The notes under the pieces: model-generated
Databases searched by the model: none
What the model saw: only the letters and a program-made list of their open reading frames with translations
What the model was told of the DNA's origin: nothing
DNA from: an uncultured Solirubrobacteraceae bacterium
Lineage (GTDB): Bacteria > Actinomycetota > Thermoleophilia > Solirubrobacterales > Solirubrobacteraceae
NCBI GenBank assembly: GCA_963730535.1
Contig: CAVSRU010000010.1
Coordinates: forward strand, 6,142-70,141
DNA: 64,000 nt
Reading direction: 5' to 3'
Program-made: the position numbers and the translations under genes
Shown here: piece by piece, positions 36,189 to 45,701 of the stretch
Layout: each line of letters begins with the position of its first letter
Numbering within the stretch: the stretch's first letter is position 1

Positions 36189-37981
36189 GAAGTGCACCAC
36201 CGCCACCGGGCGGTGATCGCCGACGCCTCGACCGGCGGCGAGAACAGGTAACCCTGCGCGTAGCGGCAGCCGAGCTCGCGCAGGCAGTCGCGCTGGGACT
36301 CGGTCTCGACCCCCTCGGCGATCACCTCGAGGCCGAACCCGTCGGCGAGGTGCAGGATCGCGGTCACGAGCGTCCGCGCGGTGCGGTCGTCCGGCAGGCC
36401 GCTCACGAACGAGCGGTCGATCTTGATCGTGTGCACCGGCAGGCTGCCGAGCCGCGCCAGGGACGAGTGGCCGGTCCCGAAGTCGTCGATCGCGAGCCGG
36501 ACCCCGAGCCTCTGGAGCGCCTCGATCTCGTCGAGCGCCTCCCGCCGGGCGGACATCATCGGCGACTCGGTCATCTCGAGCACGACGCGCTCGGGATCGG
36601 CGCCGCACGCCTCGATCAGCCGCGTGATCGCGGCGGCGCCGATCTGCCGGCACGTGTCCGGAGGGACGTTGATCGACAGCCAGTGGTGGAGGCCGTCAGC
36701 GCGCCAGGCCGCCGCCTGTCGCGCGGCTGCCCGCAGCACCCACTCGCTCAGCGGCCGGATCAGGCCGGTGCGCTCCGCGACGGGGATGAACTCGCTCGGC
36801 GCCAGCAGACCGCGCTCCGGGTGGTCCCAGCGAGCGAGCGCCTCGACGCCCGTCAGCTCGCCAGAGCCGAGGTCGACGATCGGCTGGTAGCGCAGCGTGA
36901 GCTCGTCATCGGCGATCGCCCGTCGCAGGCGGGCGGCGACGCCGACGTCGCCGTTCGCCACCCGCACGCCCGGCCGGTAGACGCGGAACGCGTCCCGGCC
37001 GGCCGCCTTCGCGTCGTACATCGCGGCGTCGGCGTGGTTGAGCAGCGTCTGGCCGTCGGAGGCGTCGAACGGGAACAGGCTGATGCCCACGCTCGCGCGG
37101 ACCTCGATCTCGACGGTGCTGAGCGAGAACGGCTGAAGCAGGATGCGCCGGAGCCGGTCGGCCACATCCTCGGCCGCTCGTGTCGCTACCTCGCGCTCCT
37201 CCGGGAGGTCGGGCATCAGCATCACGAACTCGTCTCCGCCGTCGCGGCCGACGACGTCGCCCGCGCGCCCGGCACGCCGAAGGCGGTCCGCGATCGCGAT
37301 CAGCAGCTCGTCCCCCGTCTCGTGCCCGAAGCTGTCGTTGACGACCTTGAACTCGTCGAGGTCGACGTACAGCACGGCGACCGAGCGCCCGGATCGCTTC
37401 GCCTCGGCGATCGCCCCGTCGAGCAGGACGCGGAACCGATGGCGGTTCGGGAGGGCGGTCAGCTGGTCGTGGTTGGCGCGATGGGTGAGCTCCTGCTCGG
37501 CGCGCTTGCCGTCGCTGATGTCGATGATCAGCCCCTGGGTGAGGGTGCGACGGCCGTCGACCGGGGGGAGGATGACCGCCTGGTCGACGACCCAGCGGAC
37601 GACCCCGTCAGGCGACAGGACCCGGTACTCGACGCGTAGCGGCTCCCTCGCGGCGATCGCGGCGTCGTACTCCTCCTCGACACGGTCGCGATCGTCGGGG
37701 TGGATGGGGTCGAGCCAGGCGTCCGGGTCGGCCATCCACTGCTCGGGCGTGACACCGAACAGCGCCGTGACCTGCGGGCTGATGAACTGGGTGTCGCCGG
37801 TCTCGAAGTCATCCAGGTAGGTGACCGCCGGCAGGCGCTCGATCAGCGACCGGTACTCGGTGAGGGTCGACTGCAGCTCGCCGTGGAGCGCGGCGTTCTC
37901 GCGCGCGAGCGCGTGGGCGTCGAATCGTGACCCCATACGTCGTGCCAGCGCGCGCAGGGTATGGAGGAGAGGACCTTTCAT
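36167..37981 (-). CDS. PAS-GGDEF-EAL signalling protein
   Basis: Start MKGPLLHT at ATG 37981. GGDEF motif RDGGDEFVML; EAL motif GVEALARW. The last 8 codons and the TAG stop lie inside the terminal repeat of element copy 3. Confidence 0.85.
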   Translation of the reverse strand: MKGPLLHTLRALARRMGSRFDAHALARENAALHGELQSTLTEYRSLIERLPAVTYLDDFETGDTQFISPQVTALFGVTPEQWMADPDAWLDPIHPDDRDRVEEEYDAAIAAREPLRVEYRVLSPDGVVRWVVDQAVILPPVDGRRTLTQGLIIDISDGKRAEQELTHRANHDQLTALPNRHRFRVLLDGAIAEAKRSGRSVAVLYVDLDEFKVVNDSFGHETGDELLIAIADRLRRAGRAGDVVGRDGGDEFVMLMPDLPEEREVATRAAEDVADRLRRILLQPFSLSTVEIEVRASVGISLFPFDASDGQTLLNHADAAMYDAKAAGRDAFRVYRPGVRVANGDVGVAARLRRAIADDELTLRYQPIVDLGSGELTGVEALARWDHPERGLLAPSEFIPVAERTGLIRPLSEWVLRAAARQAAAWRADGLHHWLSINVPPDTCRQIGAAAITRLIEACGADPERVVLEMTESPMMSARREALDEIEALQRLGVRLAIDDFGTGHSSLARLGSLPVHTIKIDRSFVSGLPDDRTARTLVTAILHLADGFGLEVIAEGVETESQRDCLRELGCRYAQGYLFSPPVEASAITARWRWCTSTSTAAG

Positions 37982-38138
37982 GGCGGCCGTTCCTGCTGTT
38001 ATCGGCAGCCCGGGCGGCGAGTGAGAGCGTCTGGCGGCACGTAGTTGCGCACGCAAGTGGTCTGCGCTACTCTGGTGCGAACATAACCGGACTGCGGTAC
38101 GGTTATGCGACACCAGCCACCGAAGGGGAACACTTCCG

Positions 38139-38672
38139 ATGAGCACCGCCACCACCGCGCTCCAGGGCACCTACACCGCCGATCCGGTCCACTCGAGCTT
38201 CGGCTTCTCCGTCCGCTACCAGGGCGTCTCGCTCTTCCGCGGCACGCTCGACGAGGTCGAGGCCACGCTGACCGACGGCCGTCTCGAGGGTCGTGCCAAG
38301 GTCGAGTCGATCTCGATCCGCACCCCCGAGCAGTTCCGCGCCCACGTCCTCTCCGCCGAGTTCTTCGACGCCGAGAACCACCCCGAGGTCATCTTCAGCT
38401 CGAACGACCTCGACGTCTCGGGCGACGGCACCGTCACCGTCGAGGGCGAGCTGACGATCAAGGGCATCACCCGCCCCGTCACCGCCACCGGCACGTGGAT
38501 CGCGCCCGAGGGCGACGCCTTCGGCAACACCCGCGGGCACCTCAACCTCGAGGCCCAGATCGATCGCACCGAGTTCGACATGAACTGGAACGCCCCGCTG
38601 CCCTCAGGCGGCAAGGCGCTCGCCAACGAGGTCACGCTGACCGTCGAGCTCTCGCTGGTCAACCAGGCGTAG
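38139..38672 (+). CDS. YceI family protein
   Basis: 177-aa ORF. ..YTADPVHSSFGFSVRY.. and ..ELTIKGITRPV.. are typical of the YceI lipid/polyisoprenoid-binding fold. GAAGGGGA upstream of the ATG. Confidence 0.85.
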   Translation: MSTATTALQGTYTADPVHSSFGFSVRYQGVSLFRGTLDEVEATLTDGRLEGRAKVESISIRTPEQFRAHVLSAEFFDAENHPEVIFSSNDLDVSGDGTVTVEGELTIKGITRPVTATGTWIAPEGDAFGNTRGHLNLEAQIDRTEFDMNWNAPLPSGGKALANEVTLTVELSLVNQA

Positions 38673-38676
38673 CCCA

Positions 38677-39228
38677 ATGCGGATCCTCGGCATCGCGGGG
38701 AGCGTCCGCCGGGAATCCCACAACCGCAAGCTGCTGCGGGCGGCAGGCGAAGTCCTGCCGCCCGGAGCGGAGCTCGTGGAGTGGGAAGGCCTCGCCTCGC
38801 TCCCGATCTTCGACCAGGACCTCGAGTCCGACCCGCCGGCCCGCGTGAGCGAGCTCCTCGCCGCGATCGACGAGGCGGACGCGCTCCTGATCGCCACGCC
38901 GGAGTACAACGCCTCCCTCCCGGGCGGCCTCAAGAACGCGCTCGACTGGGCGTCGCGCCCGTTCCCGGACAACGTGCTGCGGCACAAGCCGAGCGTCGTC
39001 ATCGGCGCCAGCACCGGCCTCTTCGGGGCCGTGTGGGCTCAGGCCGAGGTGCGCAAGGTGCTCAAGGCGAGCGGGGCCGACGTGGTCGAGAACGAGCTGC
39101 CGGTCGGGATGGCCGACAGCGCCTTCACGGACGACGGCAGCCTCGCCGATCCCGAACTGGCCGCGCGCCTCGGCGACCTCCTCGGCGACCTCGAGCGCGA
39201 GGTCAGGACGCCGGCTGAGGTCGCGTGA
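38677..39228 (+). CDS. NADPH-dependent FMN reductase
   Basis: 183-aa ORF. MRILGIAGSVR.. and ..IATPEYNASLPGGLKNALDW.. motifs. Confidence 0.85.
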   Translation: MRILGIAGSVRRESHNRKLLRAAGEVLPPGAELVEWEGLASLPIFDQDLESDPPARVSELLAAIDEADALLIATPEYNASLPGGLKNALDWASRPFPDNVLRHKPSVVIGASTGLFGAVWAQAEVRKVLKASGADVVENELPVGMADSAFTDDGSLADPELAARLGDLLGDLEREVRTPAEVA

Positions 39229-39490
39229 GCCGGAACATCACCTCGTCCTCGTAGCACCAGCTCCAGTCCTCGCCCGGCTCGGCCGAGCGGATGATCGGGT
39301 GCCCCGTCTGTGCGTGGTGGCCGGTCGCGTGCCGGCCGGGTGAGTTGTCGCAGCACCCGATGTGCCCGCATTGCTGGCACATGCGCAGGTGGACCCAGCG
39401 GCCGCCGGTGGCGAGGCACTCCTCGCAGCCGGCAACCTCCGCCGGGAGGTCGCGGATCTCGATTGTGTCGAGGTGCGTGCAGGTGGCCAT
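39203..39490 (-). CDS. UBP-type zinc-finger domain protein
   Basis: 95-aa ORF. Cys/His spacing C..C..C..CxxC..H..CC..H..H is typical of zf-UBP. Confidence 0.8.
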   Translation of the reverse strand: MATCTHLDTIEIRDLPAEVAGCEECLATGGRWVHLRMCQQCGHIGCCDNSPGRHATGHHAQTGHPIIRSAEPGEDWSWCYEDEVMFRLTRPQPAS

Positions 39491-39528
39491 GACGACATGG
39501 TGACGCAGAGGGGTCCAATATCTGCGCC

Positions 39529-41154
39529 GTGACCGTCATCTACGTGACCGGCCATCGCAATCCCGACACGGACTCGATCGCCGCCGCGATCGGATATGCC
39601 GAGCTCAACCAGCGACTCGACCCGCGCAACGAGTACGTGCCGGTGCGGCTCGGCGAGTGCAACGACCAGACGCGCTGGGTGCTCGAGCGCAGCGGGGCCG
39701 CCGAGCCGGCGCTGCTCCCGCACGTGATGCTGCGCGTGAAGGACGTCATGCGCGAGCAGTTCCCGAACGCGCGCCACAACGTGCCGGTGCGCGAGGTGGG
39801 CCTGATCATGGCCCGCGAGGAGGTCGACCTCGTGCCGGTCGTGGCCGACGACGGCGAGCTGGCCGGCGTGATGACCGAGCGCCAGCTCGCTCGGCGCTAC
39901 GTGCGCGAGTCGCGCGAGGCGTCGCGGCTCGACGCGCCGACCGCGGTGGGCGCGATCGCCGGTGTACTCGAGGGCGAGCTGCTCGCCGGCGAGGCCGAGC
40001 GCGAGGTCACGGGGCGCGTGTGGGTCCTCGCCATGGCGACGGAGTCGCTCCCGCTCGGTTTCAGCGCCGGCGACGTGGTGGTGGTCGGCAACCGGCCCGA
40101 CGCGCAGCGGATCGCGATCGAGGTGGGCGTCGCGCTGCTCGTGACCAGCAACGAGACCCGGCCCACCGACGAGGTGCTCGAGCTCGCCCGCGAGCGGGAC
40201 ACGGCGGTCGTCGTGTCGCCGCTCGACTCCTACGTCACCAGCCGCATGATCACCCTGTCGGCGCCGTGCCGGGCGCTGATGGACCGCGAGCCGCTGGCCG
40301 TGCGGCCCGACGACCTCGTCGCCGACGTCTCGGAGATGATCCAGGAGGTCGACTACCGCGCCGCGGTCGTCGTCGACTCGGGCGGGAAGCCGGTCGGCCT
40401 CGTCACCCGCTCGGACCTCATCAACCCGCAGCCGCGGCGCGTGCTGCTCGTCGACCACGCCGAGGAGGCGCAGAGCGTCGCCGGCGTCGAGCAGGCCGAG
40501 ATCGTCGAGATCCTCGACCACCATCACATCGGCTCGATCGAGACGCGGGTGCCCGTGCGCGCCACCTTCGACCCGGTCGGCTCGACCGCCACGCTGGTGA
40601 TCGAGCGCTTCCGCCAGAACGGGATGGAGCCGAGCAAGGCGGCGGCCACGATGCTCCTCGGCGCGGTCCTCTCCGACACGGTGATTCTCAACTCGCCGAC
40701 GACGACCGACCGCGACCGCGCGGTGATCACCTACCTCGAGCAGGTGCTGGCCATCGAAGCCGAGGAGTTCGGCCGCGAGATGTTCGAGCGCACGTCGAAC
40801 CTCTCCAGCGTGCCCGTCGAGGAGATCGTCGAGCGCGACGCGAAGGAGTACGAGGCCGGCGGCAACACGCTGAAGATCGCGCAGGTGGAGACGGTCGGCG
40901 AGGACCTGCACGACCGCGAGGAGGACGTACTGAAGGCGCTCGACGAGGTGCGCGAGCGGGAGGGCCACGCGGTCGTCGCGCTGATGGTCACCGACATCAT
41001 CGCCAAGGGCACGCGCCTGTACCTCTCCGGCGCGGACCGCTTCGCGATCGAGCGCGCGTTCGGGCGCGACGCCGACGACGGCGTGGTCGACCTGCCCGGC
41101 GTGATGAGCCGCAAGAAGCAGGTGGCTCCCAAGCTGCTGGCCGCCGTCGGCTGA
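39529..41154 (+). CDS. CBS-domain-containing family II (Mn-dependent) inorganic pyrophosphatase
   Basis: 541-aa ORF. DHH motifs HRNPDTDSIAAA and ILDHHHIG, a CBS pair inserted after the first motif, and a C-terminal DHHA2 region. Confidence 0.85.
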   Translation: MTVIYVTGHRNPDTDSIAAAIGYAELNQRLDPRNEYVPVRLGECNDQTRWVLERSGAAEPALLPHVMLRVKDVMREQFPNARHNVPVREVGLIMAREEVDLVPVVADDGELAGVMTERQLARRYVRESREASRLDAPTAVGAIAGVLEGELLAGEAEREVTGRVWVLAMATESLPLGFSAGDVVVVGNRPDAQRIAIEVGVALLVTSNETRPTDEVLELARERDTAVVVSPLDSYVTSRMITLSAPCRALMDREPLAVRPDDLVADVSEMIQEVDYRAAVVVDSGGKPVGLVTRSDLINPQPRRVLLVDHAEEAQSVAGVEQAEIVEILDHHHIGSIETRVPVRATFDPVGSTATLVIERFRQNGMEPSKAAATMLLGAVLSDTVILNSPTTTDRDRAVITYLEQVLAIEAEEFGREMFERTSNLSSVPVEEIVERDAKEYEAGGNTLKIAQVETVGEDLHDREEDVLKALDEVREREGHAVVALMVTDIIAKGTRLYLSGADRFAIERAFGRDADDGVVDLPGVMSRKKQVAPKLLAAVG

Positions 41155-41201
41155 GCGCGTCCGCTCAAGCGGGTTGCGCGCCAGGCCGACAAATGTGGGG
41201 T

Positions 41202-42518
41202 ATGAGCGTTCGCCCCGCTTCCTCGACGATCAATCGAGGGGTCGCCCGTCGCCCGTGGATCGACCACTGGCTCGAGACCGTGCGCGACCTCTCGGCGCTC
41301 AAGGCCTCCCACCCGATGATGGACGCCGTCATCGACGAGGTCGACGGCCGCATGATCCGCGTCGGCGAGCGGTGGCTGGCGGACTTCGCGTCCTGCAACT
41401 ACCTGGGGCTCGACCTCGACCGCGAGATCATCGACGCGGTGCCCGCCTACCTGGATGCGTGGGGCACGCATCCCAGCTGGTCGCGGCTGCTCGGCAGTCC
41501 GGTGCTCTACGAGCAGATCGAGGAGCGGCTGACGGACCTGCTCCAGGCCGAGGACGCGCTCGTCCTGCCGACGATCACGCACATCCACATGTCGGTCATC
41601 CCGCTGCTCGCTGCCTCGGGCACGATCTTCATGGACGCGCGGGCGCACAAGACGATCTACGACGGCTGCCAGGTCGCCCGTTCGCGCGGAGCGGCGGTCA
41701 AGCGCTTCCGCTTCGAAGACCCGGACCACCTCGACCAGTTGCTGCGCGCCGAGCGCGACCCGACCCGCCTCGTCTGCATGGACGGCGTCAACAGCATGAC
41801 CGGCAACGCTCCCGACATCCGGGCGTTCGCGGCGGTCGCCCGCGAGCACGGCGCGCTCCTCTACGTCGACGATGCTCACGGCTTCGGCGTCATCGGCGAG
41901 CGTAGCCCGGACGAGACCTGCACGTACGGCCGGCGCGGCAACAGCGTCGTGCGCCACTTCGGCGAGACCTACGAGAACGTCGTCCTGGTTGGGGGCTTCT
42001 CGAAGGCGTATTCGTCGCTGCTCGCCTTCATCGCCTGCCCGACCGACGTCAAGGACCTGCTCAAGGTCGCCGCGCCCCCGTACCTGTACTCGGGCCCGTC
42101 CCCGGTGGCGTCGCTGGCCACCACGCTCGCCGGCCTGAAGGTCAACGAGGCGCGCGGAGACGAGCTCCGGAGCGTGCTGTGCGCCCACACGCGGCGGGTG
42201 CTCGACTGCCTCGAACGTCTCGGCGTCGCGACGCCGAACCGGTCCGGCTTCCCCATCGTCGAGATCCCGGTCCGCGACCACCGGCGGATCGCCGAGGTCG
42301 GCCAGCTCCTCTTCGACCGCGGCGTCTACGTCACCCTCGCCGCGTTCCCGCTCGTGCCGAAGGCCGAGGTCGGCTTCCGCATCCAGCTGACCGCCGCCAA
42401 TACCGACGCCGAGATCGACACGCTGATCGCCGCGCTGGAGGAGCTCGCCGCCCACGACGAGCTGATGCCCGCGGACTCCGAACCGCTCGATCCGCCCTGG
42501 CTGCTGGCCGCGACATGA
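41202..42518 (+). CDS. alpha-oxoamine synthase family PLP enzyme (BioF/KBL/SPT/CqsA-like)
   Basis: ATG 41202 (alternative 41193) within a read-through ORF. ..SCNYLGL.., ..YVDDAHGFG.. and the PLP-lysine region GGFSKAYSS. Confidence 0.8.
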   Translation: MSVRPASSTINRGVARRPWIDHWLETVRDLSALKASHPMMDAVIDEVDGRMIRVGERWLADFASCNYLGLDLDREIIDAVPAYLDAWGTHPSWSRLLGSPVLYEQIEERLTDLLQAEDALVLPTITHIHMSVIPLLAASGTIFMDARAHKTIYDGCQVARSRGAAVKRFRFEDPDHLDQLLRAERDPTRLVCMDGVNSMTGNAPDIRAFAAVAREHGALLYVDDAHGFGVIGERSPDETCTYGRRGNSVVRHFGETYENVVLVGGFSKAYSSLLAFIACPTDVKDLLKVAAPPYLYSGPSPVASLATTLAGLKVNEARGDELRSVLCAHTRRVLDCLERLGVATPNRSGFPIVEIPVRDHRRIAEVGQLLFDRGVYVTLAAFPLVPKAEVGFRIQLTAANTDAEIDTLIAALEELAAHDELMPADSEPLDPPWLLAAT

Positions 42519-45500
42519 CTCGACGGAACTGGCGCGCGCCGGCGCTGTGGCAGATGCATCTCGCGGGCGGCGGGCTGCTCTGCGCGCTGTACGTGTTCGT
42601 GCCGCCGTTCGCCGGCAACCCGATCGTGATGAACGTCCTCGGGCTCTCGCCCGTAGTCGCGATCGTCATCGGCCTGCGCCGCTACCGGCCGGCGTCGCCC
42701 GCCCCGTGGTGGTGCTTCGCGGTCGGCCTGTTCCTGTTCTGGCTCGGCGACGTCTACACCTACAGCTACGAGCTGCTGTTGGAGAGCGACGTGCCGTTCC
42801 CGTCGCTCGGCGACGGGGCGTATCTCCTCGTGTATCCGGCGCTGATGGTGGGCCTCCTCATGCTGGTCAGGCGGCGTAACCCCGAGGGCGACCGCGCCGG
42901 CCTCATCGACTCGCTGATCATGACCCTCGGGCTCGCGCTGATCTCGTGGGTCGCGCTCATCGCTCCCTATCTGCGCGACGACGCGCTGTCGGTGATCCCC
43001 AAGGTGGTCTCGATCGCGTATCCGCTCGGGGACATCCTCCTGCTGGCGGCGGCCATCCGTCTCGCCGTTGACGCCGGCAAGCGTGCGCCCGCGTTCTACC
43101 TGCTCGCCGGGAGCATCATCACGCTGCTGCTGACCGACTTCGTCTACGGCATCGTCACGCTCAACGGCACCTACACCGGCCAGCTCTGGCTCGACGCCGG
43201 CTGGATCGCGTTCTACCTGCTGTGGGGCGCCGCCGCGCTCCATCCGTCGATGCGCGAGCTCGAGCAGGCGGCGCCTGAGCGCGATAACAGGCTCAGGTCC
43301 GTCCGCCTCGGATTGCTGCTCGCCGGCGCAGTCATCGCGCCCGCGATCGAGATGGCGCAGGAGATCCAGGACACCGACGACATGGTCGTGGTCAACATCG
43401 CGTCGATCGTCCTCTTCGGGCTCGTGGTCGTCCGCATGGCCGAGCTTGTGCGCCAGCAGGAGCGATCGGTCAACAGCGAGCGCATCCTCCGCGCCGCCGG
43501 CGACGCGCTCGTCGCCGCCACACGGCGCGACGACATCCATCACGCCGCCCTGGACGCGGCGCGCGCGCTCGTCGATCGGGAGGCCGCCGCGCTGCTCTGC
43601 GCCGTCGAGGACGGTGAGCTGAGCGTGGTGGCGATGGAGCGCGGGGCCGTGCGCGAGCAGGCCTTGTGGACCCTCACCCCGCGCACCGCCGCCAAGCTGC
43701 TGGCGGCCGCCGACGCAGCCGGCACGGCGTTGCTTCGTCTCGACGAGCCGACGCAAGCCGAGCTGCGCCTCGAAGGCGATCGGTCGTCGGCGTGCGTGCT
43801 CGGCCTCTCGGTCCGGGGCGAGCTGCGTGGGATCCTCGTCGTCGCCTGCGACGACGCCACCTCGCGCGCGGTCCGCCGAACCTTGCAGGCACTGGCCACC
43901 CAGGTGTCGCTTGCCCTCGAGAGCGCGACGCTCACCGAGGAGGTCCACCGGCGTACGAGCGAGGCGCGCTTCGGCTCGCTGGTGCAGCACTCGAGCGACC
44001 TCATCACGGTGCTCGACTCGAGCGCCACGGTCGTCTACCAGAGCCCGTCGATCGAGCGGGTGCTGGGCTACAGCCCCGACGACGTCCTCGGCACGCCCTT
44101 CTCCCGCCTGGTCGATGCCGCAGAGCACGGCCGGCTGTTGCACCTGCTCGCGGACGGAGCGGCATATGCGGGCAGCGAGGCCCAGGTCCTGGAGTGCTCG
44201 CTGCGGCACCGGGACGGCAGCGTCCGCCAGTTCGAGATCCTGCACACGAACCTGCTCGACGACGAGCACGTCCGCGGGATCGTCCTCAACGGCCGCGACG
44301 TCAGCGAGCGCAAGGCGTTCGAGGAGCAGCTCGCCCACCAGGCGTTCCACGACCCGGTGACCAACCTCGCCAACCGCGCGCTCTTCGGCGAGCGCGTGCG
44401 CCACGCCGTCGCCCGTTCGCGACGCGAGCAGTGCGCGCTGGCGGTGATCTTCGTCGATCTCGACGACTTCAAGACGATCAACGACAGCCTCGGCCATGCC
44501 GCGGGCGACGAGGTGCTGCGGGAGGTGGCGATGCGGCTCACGGCGAGCATCCGCGCCAGCGACACCGCGGCCCGCTTCGGCGGCGACGAGTTCGCCATCC
44601 TCCTCGAGGACGTCGAGGGTCCGCAGATGGCAGCCGACACGGCGGAGCGCGTCCTCGAGGCGCTCGCCGCGCCGCTGTCGGTCGAGCACAAGCAGCTCGC
44701 CGTGCGGGCCAGCCTCGGGATCTCGTTCGTGGAGGGCGACGCGACGGGGGACGCCGACGAGCTGATCCGCAACGCGGACGCCGCGATGTACATCGCCAAG
44801 CGGGACGGAAAGGGCGGGTACCGGCTATTCGAGCCGGCGATGCACGAGGGCGTGCTCGAGCGCCTCGAGCTGCGTGCCGACCTCCAGCGCGCGATCACGT
44901 CCGACCAGCTCGAGCTGCACTACCAGCCGGTCGTCCACCTCGCTGACGGAACCGTAGCGGGGATCGAGGCGCTCGTGCGGTGGCGGCATCCCGAGCGCGG
45001 GCTGATCGGCCCCGACCAGTTCATCCCCCTCGCCGAGGAGATGGGTCTCATCGTGCCGCTCGGGCGCTGGGTGTTGCGCGAGGGATGCCGGCGTGCGAAG
45101 GCGTTCCAGACGCTGCACCCGCTCGGGGACGCGCTGTCGATGGCGATCAACCTCTCGGTCAAGCAGCTGCAGCACAGCGACATCGTGGGCGACGTCCGCG
45201 ATGCGCTGACCGAGTCCCGCCTCGAGGCGCGGAGCCTGACGCTGGAGATCACCGAGTCGGTGATGATGAACGACACCGACCTCGCGATCGAGCGGCTCCG
45301 GGAGCTGAAGGCGCTCGGCGTGCGGCTCGCCATGGACGACTTCGGGACGGGCTACTCGTCGCTCAGCTACCTGAGCCGGCTGCCCGTCGACATCCTCAAG
45401 ATGGACCGCTCGTTCCTGCGCGCGGGGGCGACGCCCGAGGCCTCGGGTCTCGCCACCGCCGTGGTGGCGCTCGGGAAGACGCTCAAGCTCGACATCGTCG

Positions 45501-45673
45501 CCGAGGGGATCGAGTACGGCGAGCAGTGGGAGACGCTGCGCGAGCTCGGGTGCGACCTCGGTCAGGGCTTCTACTTCTCGACGCCGCTGGACGGCGACGC
45601 CATGCTCGAGTTCCTGCGCACGCGCGGGGCCTCGTCACCGGTCCGCGAGCTCGCCGCGGCCGATGCTGCATAG
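42515..45673 (+). CDS. polytopic membrane sensor: TM domain-GAF-PAS-GGDEF-EAL
   Basis: ATG 42515 overlaps the upstream stop codon (ATGA). About 8-9 TM segments in the first ~300 aa. GGDEF motif RFGGDEFAIL; EAL motif GIEALVRW. Confidence 0.85.
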   Translation: MTRRNWRAPALWQMHLAGGGLLCALYVFVPPFAGNPIVMNVLGLSPVVAIVIGLRRYRPASPAPWWCFAVGLFLFWLGDVYTYSYELLLESDVPFPSLGDGAYLLVYPALMVGLLMLVRRRNPEGDRAGLIDSLIMTLGLALISWVALIAPYLRDDALSVIPKVVSIAYPLGDILLLAAAIRLAVDAGKRAPAFYLLAGSIITLLLTDFVYGIVTLNGTYTGQLWLDAGWIAFYLLWGAAALHPSMRELEQAAPERDNRLRSVRLGLLLAGAVIAPAIEMAQEIQDTDDMVVVNIASIVLFGLVVVRMAELVRQQERSVNSERILRAAGDALVAATRRDDIHHAALDAARALVDREAAALLCAVEDGELSVVAMERGAVREQALWTLTPRTAAKLLAAADAAGTALLRLDEPTQAELRLEGDRSSACVLGLSVRGELRGILVVACDDATSRAVRRTLQALATQVSLALESATLTEEVHRRTSEARFGSLVQHSSDLITVLDSSATVVYQSPSIERVLGYSPDDVLGTPFSRLVDAAEHGRLLHLLADGAAYAGSEAQVLECSLRHRDGSVRQFEILHTNLLDDEHVRGIVLNGRDVSERKAFEEQLAHQAFHDPVTNLANRALFGERVRHAVARSRREQCALAVIFVDLDDFKTINDSLGHAAGDEVLREVAMRLTASIRASDTAARFGGDEFAILLEDVEGPQMAADTAERVLEALAAPLSVEHKQLAVRASLGISFVEGDATGDADELIRNADAAMYIAKRDGKGGYRLFEPAMHEGVLERLELRADLQRAITSDQLELHYQPVVHLADGTVAGIEALVRWRHPERGLIGPDQFIPLAEEMGLIVPLGRWVLREGCRRAKAFQTLHPLGDALSMAINLSVKQLQHSDIVGDVRDALTESRLEARSLTLEITESVMMNDTDLAIERLRELKALGVRLAMDDFGTGYSSLSYLSRLPVDILKMDRSFLRAGATPEASGLATAVVALGKTLKLDIVAEGIEYGEQWETLRELGCDLGQGFYFSTPLDGDAMLEFLRTRGASSPVRELAAADAA

Positions 45674-45701
45674 CTACGAGGGGCTCGATCGTCCCGGCGG
45701 G

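Noticed and set aside
40731-44689. Long antisense ORFs (40731..42455 and 42326..44689 here; likewise 5702..7414, 10042..12057, 16720..18735, 25711..27993, 60270..62159 and many shorter ones)
   Set aside because: They have Arg/Ala/Pro/Gly-dominated composition and no recognisable motifs. Each lies opposite a gene with clear family signatures and high third-position GC, so they are shadow ORFs.
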